From: Ophelia neglecta
Lineage: Eukaryota
Direction: 5' to 3'
Length of the DNA: 64,000 nucleotides
NCBI GenBank assembly: GCA_965285935.1
Contig: OZ260663.1
Location: forward strand, 104,966,001 to 105,030,000
Positions 63,801-64,000 of this stretch are shown here, piece by piece. The notes under the pieces are model-generated. The model did no database searches. It was given only the letters and a program-made list of their open reading frames with translations, and was not told the origin of the DNA. A program made the position numbers and the translations under genes. The first letter of the stretch is position 1; each line of letters opens with the position of its first letter.

Positions 63801-64000
63801 AGTCAAAACCACGGGATAGAGGTGGAATGCTCATGTCGATAAGCGTGCTGATCAATAGGGGATCACAGTTCAAGGGGACCATATTGTTTGCCAAAGCCAC
63901 AGACCTTTCTACACGACGAACATGGGCGCGAATTAGTACCCGCATGTTTTGCATGTAATGTGAACATGATATCGCCTCGTATTGATCATCGTAACATTGC

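Overview
AT-rich eukaryotic genomic DNA with GT-AG introns and no prokaryotic operons or CRISPR. The repeat and gene families suggest a lophotrochozoan invertebrate (inference). Main contents: (1) A 7-exon + strand gene (2759-24252, 469 aa by my splice model) for a type I membrane protein: signal peptide, SUEL-type lectin, CUB-like, CCP/sushi-like, TM, and a tail with ITIM-like, PPxY and PDZ-type motifs. (2) A near-identical 11.1-kb head-to-tail duplication (13919-25041 / 25040-36164) that copies exons 2-7 but not exon 1. (3) A young full-length BEL/Pao LTR retrotransposon (44509-51150; identical 574-bp LTRs, ATAGT TSD) inserted in a 9-bp minisatellite. It lacks a tRNA-type PBS. Instead, the 11 nt at the PBS position are exactly complementary to the junction made by splicing a predicted intron inside the 5' LTR, which suggests splicing-dependent self-priming and is the most novel observation here. 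(4) tRNA-derived SINEs, two MITE families, a rearranged I/Nimb-type LINE 5' fragment with a structured RNA head, several minisatellites and old dispersed repeats. All alignments were done by eye.
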